This document shows positions 55,078 to 64,000 of a stretch of DNA of 64,000 nt, piece by piece (positions within the stretch are counted from its first letter, which is position 1; the number at the start of each line of letters is the position of its first letter). The stretch covers positions 82,832,001 through 82,896,000 of the forward strand of contig OX597824.1 of NCBI GenBank assembly GCA_951406725.2. Direction: 5' to 3'. The position numbers were made by a program, and so were the translations under genes. Source of the DNA: Octopus vulgaris. Its lineage: Eukaryota. The notes under the pieces were generated by a model that had not been told where the DNA came from, searched no databases, and was given only the letters and a program-made list of their open reading frames with translations.

Positions 55078-56229
55078 GCAATGTAAATAATAAATTATAT
55101 ATATATACTCATTAGGGAGATTTAAAGTCTGTATACATTGTAAAAGACATCATGGTGGTGATGATAATATATATAGCAGTCGGATAAATATTATGGCTGT
55201 TGATGATGTTGATACTGATGTTGTTGTTGTTGATGGTCGTCGTCGTCGTGATGGTCGTGGTAGTAGTAGTAATAGTAGTAGTAATAATTATAGCAGTGGT
55301 GGCGGCGATGAGGGTAGTGGTGGTGATTGTGGTGGTGGTGCTTGTTTTGTTTGTTTTTTAAATATATCTCGTTTGTGATTTCGCTGTTGTTATTATAGTT
55401 ATTGTTGTTGTTGATATTGATGAAGTAGTTTCGGTTGTTGTTGTTGTTGTTATTGTTGATGAAGTTGTTGTAGTTAGTGTTGTTGTAGTTGTTGCTGTTG
55501 TTGTTGTAGTTGCTGTTGTTTTTGTTTTTGTTGTCAACCGAAGCACCTAACATGTTAAACACTTTTTCTGCTATTTTAAATTTTTCCTTTCGTTTTAAAC
55601 AACAAATAATTATATATAAATATATCCACAATATATATATAATAAGTATATACTTAACTCTGTGTATATATAATATTACACATACATAAATATATATTTA
55701 TATTATATATATATATATATATATTACCAAGTATATATGTATATAGATATATGTGTGATTCTTATATTCTTGCTGTTGATTTTCTCCTGGAGTTCTTCTA
55801 ATAAAATCAGTGTAAAGGTATGTCAAAGGTAATATAATTAAATCAACTGTTTTCAATTTCAATTCAAGGTAGAAATAAAATTTTCATTTTAGCAATAAAT
55901 TTGTCTTTGCAGTTTTGTAATGTTTGTATAAGGAAAATGGTTATAATTTTTTGATAATACGGTTCCTTTGTTGCTGTAGGTGTTGTTGTTGTTGTTTTTG
56001 CAAAGAAAAATATATATATATAAGCATCAGATGAAGTCGAACCAATGTGAAAATGAAAAATTAATCAGAAGAATCTGAAGAAGAAGAAGAAGAAAACTTT
56101 TTTTCTTTTTTTTTTTTTTTCCTGGTGTAATGAAGTGAAGTATAATGAATGAAAATAGATGATAAATTGCAATTCTTTGAAACTATTTATAGTTTCAAAA
56201 AAGAAAAAAAAGGCAAAAAAAAATTCTGC

Positions 56230-56460
56230 TAATTTTGTATTTTGATTTTCTTCTTCCAAACGAAGCAGGCTTCTACAAGAGTTTTGGAGAAAAAGCGAAG
56301 CGGTGCTTGATGCGATGTTGTCGCTTAGACTCAGAATGTAAACAATGGCGCGTGGTTCTCTAAATGGCTGTGCTATAAATTCTACCTCCCTCCGCATAAA
56401 AAAACCCCAGTTACCATCTTTTAAGCTGTTCTGCTAATCGCTTAGTACTCCCTACATCAA
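56230..56460 (-). promoter_or_regulatory. Candidate core promoter
   Basis: Unique, complex island between SSR tracts. Minus strand has TTTATAG (56379-56373) about 31-33 nt upstream of Inr-like GCCATTGT (A = 56346), overlapping a FoxO-type GTAAACAA (56338-56345). Direction is ambiguous because TATAAAT also reads on the plus strand. Confidence 0.35.
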
Positions 56461-56868
56461 CAACGACATCATCCATCTCCTCCTCCTCCTATGCCGCCAC
56501 CGCCGCCCTCTCCATCGCCTCCTCCACCTCCTTCATTTTCCTCATCCTCCCTTTTCTTCTCCTCCGCCTCCTCCCTCAAAACACGCCACACGTTCTGCAC
56601 TAGCGCCGCTACTACTACTGCTGCTAGTTTCACCACCACCACCACCACCACCACTACCACCACCACTACAACCACTGCTACTACTACTACAGGTTATTGC
56701 TGCTGCTGTTACTACTGCTGCTACTACTGCTACAACTACCACCGTCTCCACCACCTTCATCATCATCACCACCACCACCATCACCACAGCTACTAAGTAC
56801 CACGACGGCTACTACTACAACCAATACTACTATTACATGCTCCTCTACTACTACTACTACTACTTCAG

Positions 56869-56917
<49 letters not shown>

Positions 56918-56979
56918 AGCTACTACTACTACTACTACCTCTACTACAACTACTACTACTACAGCTACTACTACTACTT

Positions 56980-57028
<49 letters not shown>

Positions 57029-57417
57029 AGGTTACTGCTGCTGCTACTACTGCTGCTGCTTTTAACAGTCCAATTACAAGGAGCTCAACTACCACCACTA
57101 GTACTGCAACCACCGCCACCTCCACTACCACCAACTACAACTACTACTACTACTGCTTCCAGCTCCACTACTACTACTACTAACAACGCCACTGCTCATA
57201 CTAATACTACTACTACTACTAGCACAGCAACAGCTACTACTACTACTACTACTGTTATTACTACTATTGCTACTCCTTTCGCATGTCGTGTATTCATCCT
57301 TTTCATTTTTCGACCACCATCTTCTTTCTTCTCTCTCTCTCCCCGCATATATGCATATATATATATACATGCATATATGCCTATATATATATACATGCAT
57401 GTATATATATATACATA

Positions 57418-57451
<34 letters not shown>

Positions 57452-57712
57452 TATATGTGCAATACATGTATGTTATATGTATATATAGTGCCTGTCACAT
57501 TTACAAATATGGGTTCGTGTCCCGTCCGTCGGCAACCTTCAACTTTTCTCTTTTTCCAAAGAGGTTGTTAACCCAATATTTACATGTCGTTATTTATAGC
57601 CTTATCCGTTTCAAGATCCACCACCCCTCATACATATACATACATATATATACATATATATATGCATATATGTGCATACATGCATATATATATGCATATA
57701 TGTGCATACATG

Positions 57713-57743
<31 letters not shown>

Positions 57744-57834
57744 GCATGTATGTGCATACATGCATACACACCCACACATATATATTTATATATAGCAAAA
57801 AAGATCACGTCTGAGACTGGTGCCCTTTCTTGTC

Positions 57835-57874
<40 letters not shown>

Positions 57875-57921
57875 GCTTTCCTACTGTTGCTACTACTTTT
57901 GTCACTCAACACTCCCCCTTA

Positions 57922-57953
<32 letters not shown>

Positions 57954-58209
57954 TTCTTTTGTCTTGGTGGTCACTCTTCATCTTTACTCTCACTTCCTTT
58001 ATATCTTCACTTAACGCCGTGTATTAAAAGACACATAACGTCATAAGCAGTTGCTGTTGCGTCACCAACGCCACTACCAAGGACAATGCCTTCTTTTATT
58101 GGCCACAAGGGCTTCCATAAAACAACACAGGGGCACATAACAAACAGGACGATCCAACGGGTTCTTAAAACTACTACTAATAATAATAATATTAATAATA
58201 ATTATATTG

Positions 58210-58243
<34 letters not shown>

Positions 58244-58779
58244 AACTACAACACAGGAAAAACTTTTTCAGTCTCTTTATTTAAAAAAAAAATGTACCAG
58301 TCTCATAATAGATAGATAAATAGATAGACAGAAAGACATCTTTTCTTTTTTTCCAGGTAGCCATTCCCTCAAAGCACGTCAAGTCCCTTGTTGCAAACTA
58401 CTAGCATACAATCTCCTAATACTTCTATATCTCGTTTTTCTTTATCGCTCTCTCTCTCTCTCTCTGAGGTATCTATCCCTCTGTCTATCAGTCTATCTAT
58501 CTCTTGCTATTAATCCCCTATCACTTTCGTCTCTCCATAGCAGTAGCCATTATTTCTATTCTATCTCCCTCTCTCTCTCTCTTTTTCTTTTTTTTTTTCT
58601 TTCTCCTATTTAACACGTCCAGGCGCAAAATTGGTCATTTCCTATCCCTTCTCCAAAACACTCTCTGCCTTTCTAAATATATCTATCTATCTGAATTCTC
58701 TATCCTCCCCTCCTTTCCGGACACGCGCACGCACTCTTCAAACGACGCCAACACACAAGCACGCATGTATGTATATATT

Positions 58780-58846
<67 letters not shown>

Positions 58847-59225
58847 TTGAAAAGACATACACCATGTATGACAAATACACCCAACTTAGTTCATATACAG
58901 AGCTTCATTGTATACATACAAACAATTATCATTTTATTTGCATGCGTAGGCATATAGCACAAACGGTTATATTCACAAGTGTGTGTATATATATATATAT
59001 ATATATATGGAGGAAGGGCTATGCATGTATGTTTACGTGTGCGTGTGTGTGTAAATACAAATTTACAATCTCGTGTAAAGTATACTTATGAAATTATAGC
59101 AAGTGACAACTTTAAAAATCTCTATTTAATGTCTCTCGCTGCCGATATTCACACGATTAGTAAAAAAACGGAACGTACATTTAGGTTCTGTTTCTCTGAG
59201 CCGCCAGAAGATTGGATCAACGTCT

Positions 59226-59315
<90 letters not shown>

Positions 59316-59501
59316 TGTGTCCTTTTACTTGTTGGAGTCACTGAACCCCCTAAGGCATCGCCTTGGGGGGTTCAGTGCAACAAATCGATCTCAGTCTCTT
59401 CTAAACTGCTACGTCACAATGACGCTAACAGATGATTGTCAAGCAGGAGGGACGCCGACAAACGAAAAACTTAAATACATACATACACACACATACATAC
59501 A

Positions 59502-59533
<32 letters not shown>

Positions 59534-59569
59534 TACATACATACATACATACACACACACATACATACA

Positions 59570-59603
<34 letters not shown>

Positions 59604-59621
59604 CATACATATATATATATA

Positions 59622-59757
59622 TAGGGAGAATTCACAAGAAAAAAGACGAAGACATGTGGTGTAAATGAGAAACCGATGAATTAGTATAACGCTCGGGTAG
59701 TGAAAACGTCTTTAACGTTTCGAGCCTACGCTCTTCCCCAGAAAGGAACACAGAAAG
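59622..59757 (-). mobile_element. Probable Penelope-like element terminal fragment with degenerate hammerhead-like motif
   Basis: Inserted next to (TA)n; minus strand reads CTGGGGAAGAGC-GTAG-GCTC-GAAACGTTA. The family assignment is inferred. Confidence 0.4.
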
Positions 59758-59800
59758 CTTTGTTTGGGATTTGGTAGACGGAAACTAAAAGAAGCCTGTC

Positions 59801-59839
<39 letters not shown>

Positions 59840-60063
59840 TTAGAGATTCAACTATAACCCTCTAAAGCGGAGCACCAGCATGGCCGCAGTCTAATGACTG
59901 AAACAAGCAAAAGATAAAAGATTATACATGCATACATACATACATACATACATACATACATACATACATACATCATACATACATACATACATACATATAT
60001 ATATGCATGCATACATACGTCCATATGTGTATATGTATGCATAGATGTATGTAAGTATGTATG

Positions 60064-60094
<31 letters not shown>

Positions 60095-60491
60095 GCGAAG
60101 ATGTATGTATGGTATGTATGTATACATGTATATATACATGCATGCCTATATGCATTGTATATATGTATGGATGGATGCATGCATGTATAATGAAGGTATA
60201 TGTGTATGTAGGTATACATCTATGTATGTATGCATCAATGTATGTACGAATGGTATGTATAGATGTATGCATGCATGTATGTATGTATGCATACATGTAT
60301 GCATGTTTGTATGTATGTATGCATGCATGCATGTATGTATGTATGTAAGTATGTATGTATGTATGTATGTATGTATGTATGTATGTATGTATGTATGTAT
60401 GTATGTATGTATGTAGGGTATGTATGTATGTATGTAGGATATGTATGTATGCATGTATGTATTTATGTATTCATACATGTATATATGTAAT

Positions 60492-60583
<92 letters not shown>

Positions 60584-60594
60584 CATATACACAC

Positions 60595-60685
<91 letters not shown>

Positions 60686-60789
60686 TATACATGTCGATGG
60701 ATGGATGCATGCATGCATGTATGTATGCACGTTTGTATTATGTAATTATGTATGTAAGTATATATGTATGTATGTATGTGTCTATGTAC

Positions 60790-61407
60790 CTATGTATGCA
60801 TAAATAAATTATGCGTACGTGTGTAATATATGCACGCGATATGATACATGATACAAGCGTTTTACCACCCAAAAAGCTTTATTTCTGCAAAAAGTTTTCC
60901 CCTAATAAAATCTTATGAAAGTGAATGTAAACATTTGTGCATATTTACTTCTTTCCAATTTCACGTGTGTTTATATAAACATGCATATTGGCATGTCATG
61001 CATGTTCGCAGCAGGGAGGAGAGTCGATGTGGTCACTAGGCATGCTAGAAATAGCAACAAGTTTCCTAACAGTTACATCATGTCGTTCTTTGAGACAAAC
61101 TGAGAAGCCAAAGTTGTGGGGGGGGGGATGTGGCTATTGTAGTCCCTGATATACTGTGTCTTGGGGGGGATGGTCATTGCTGGAACGCGTTTGGTCATTG
61201 CAGGCTTGTGTGGTGTTTGGAAGCATGTATACAGCTATCACTACCGCTCTCTCTATATATATATATAGATGTATATGTGTGCGTGTAGTTGTATACGTAT
61301 GGAGAGACAGAGTGAGAGACACAGAGAGAGACAGACAGACAAACAGACAATCAGACAGACAGACAGACAATCAGACAGACAGACAGACAGGCAGACAGAC
61401 AGACAAT

Positions 61408-61452
<45 letters not shown>

Positions 61453-61910
61453 AAGAGAAATAGGCAGCTACATGCAGGCTTCCATACATAAATGCTTGCA
61501 TACACACACACACACACAAAATACAAGCGACAGACAGGTCTACAAACCAAACGTGTTCCAGCCATGACCATCCTGCCTATTAGTCAAAGCATAGTAATAT
61601 CAGTGACTGCATTACTCTCTGTGTCTTTGCTTTGGGGGTCGGGAGGGGGAGTGCCATGTTGTGATTGCGAGGCAAGACGCAGAGGTTGCTATTTCTAGCA
61701 TTCCTACCGACCACATTCGCTTTCCTTCCTGCTGTGAGCATGCATTAACATGCTAAAGTGCATGTTTATATATAAACACGCGTGAAATTTGAAAGATGTA
61801 AATATGCGTATATATTTACATGTCCTTTCAGAAATTCCAGGGTGGGAAACGCATGTATGAAATCGCGTGCAAATATATTACTTGCACGGATGAAATATAT
61901 GTGTGCATAC
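60790..61910. repeat. Old inverted duplication (arms about 450 bp) around a (GACA)/(GA) core
   Basis: 60939-61058 is the reverse complement of 61685-61807; similarity continues outward (60795-60890 vs 61825-61910) and inward (61165-61230 vs 61480-61575). Confidence 0.8.
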
Positions 61911-61978
61911 GTATGTATGTATGTATATGTATGTGTATGTATATACACACACACACACATATATATCTATCTATATAT

Positions 61979-62024
<46 letters not shown>

Positions 62025-62139
62025 CATATATATATATATATATGTATGTATTTATATATGTAAGTATGTATGCATATATGTATGCATGCATGCATGCTTG
62101 TATGTATGTATGTATGTAAATATACATATATATATATAA

Positions 62140-62207
<68 letters not shown>

Positions 62208-62954
62208 CGACATGTGCGCGGACTGCTACATTAATTTCAGATGCACGTGTAGAAAATTTTTTAGGCGTGCGTAGACAGCTTTATATGAAATTCTTTCGAT
62301 ATACAAATATTGTCAACATCACACATACATACATACATTCATACATACATTCATACATGCATACATGCATACATACATACATACATACATTCATACATAC
62401 ATACATACATACATACATACATACATACATTCATACGTACATGCATACATACATACGTACATACATACATACATACAAACATACATACATACATACATAC
62501 AAACATACATACATACATACATTCACACATACATACATACATACATACATACATATGTATACACACACATACATACACACACACATACATACATATATAC
62601 ATGTATTCATACATGCATTTATTTATGTATGTTTACATGCACCACACATACACCCAAGCATGCATACATACGTACATGCACTAACACATGTATTCTTTAT
62701 GTGCATATACGATAACTGTATTGCAACATTGAGGTACGCGTGCAATTTAAGGGTATATATATATATATATATATATATATCCAGTGTATAGCATACACAC
62801 ATACTTGCATTCAATTTGCGTGCACTGCTGAACACACACCCACACACACATACACGCACAGGCACACGCGTAAATTACAGGTGTACAGATTGTTAAGCGG
62901 ATATGAAATGTTCAGGAAAGCACCACCAGATGAGTAACAGAGCTCGCCACTTGA

Positions 62955-63893
<939 letters not shown>

Positions 63894-64000
63894 CTACGTA
63901 AGCTATTTGCAGTCTTAATCAAAGAAGCAGACGACAAGAAAAATCATAAAATTTTCTAAACCTTTGGACATGTTGAATATGTCTGGGTCAAAGGTGTCAG

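Noticed and set aside
56469-57300. Pro/Thr/Tyr-rich ORFs (mucin-like)
   Set aside because: (CTA)n/(CCA)n trinucleotide tracts that are open in several frames, with no splice or start support.
58340-58362. Recursive splice site (CAG|GT)
   Set aside because: The donor part GTAGCC is a poor match and no plus-strand gene is established.

Overview
This is eukaryotic, AT-rich genomic DNA saturated with microsatellites ((TA)n, (CA)n, (TATG)n, (GATA)n, (GACA)n, (GA)n, (TAG)n). The repeat content and SINE families look like a coleoid cephalopod, most likely Octopus; this is an inference from recalled sequence, not a search. Almost all entries in the ORF track are microsatellite artefacts. One convincing coding exon is present on the minus strand (splice acceptor at 17827, ATG at 17400, phase-1 GT donor after 15930). 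It encodes about 490 aa of low-complexity protein (poly-Q/H/D/N/G) carrying short motifs reminiscent of the BH3-only apoptosis regulators BIM and BMF: DSSYAT...GFTFSF, DDVF, and CC...RRTIGTQT. No BH3 exon was found, so the gene probably continues past the window start. The rest of the window holds three tRNA-derived SINE families (two copies with clear TSDs), two head-to-tail SINE arrays with an essentially identical junction, and L1/Tx1-like LINE 3' ends whose tail matches one SINE. It also holds an old dispersed repeat, a structured 77-bp minisatellite, a roughly 200-bp-periodic array of forkhead-like motifs, several fold-back inverted repeats, degenerate hammerhead-like motifs and candidate promoter/enhancer islands.
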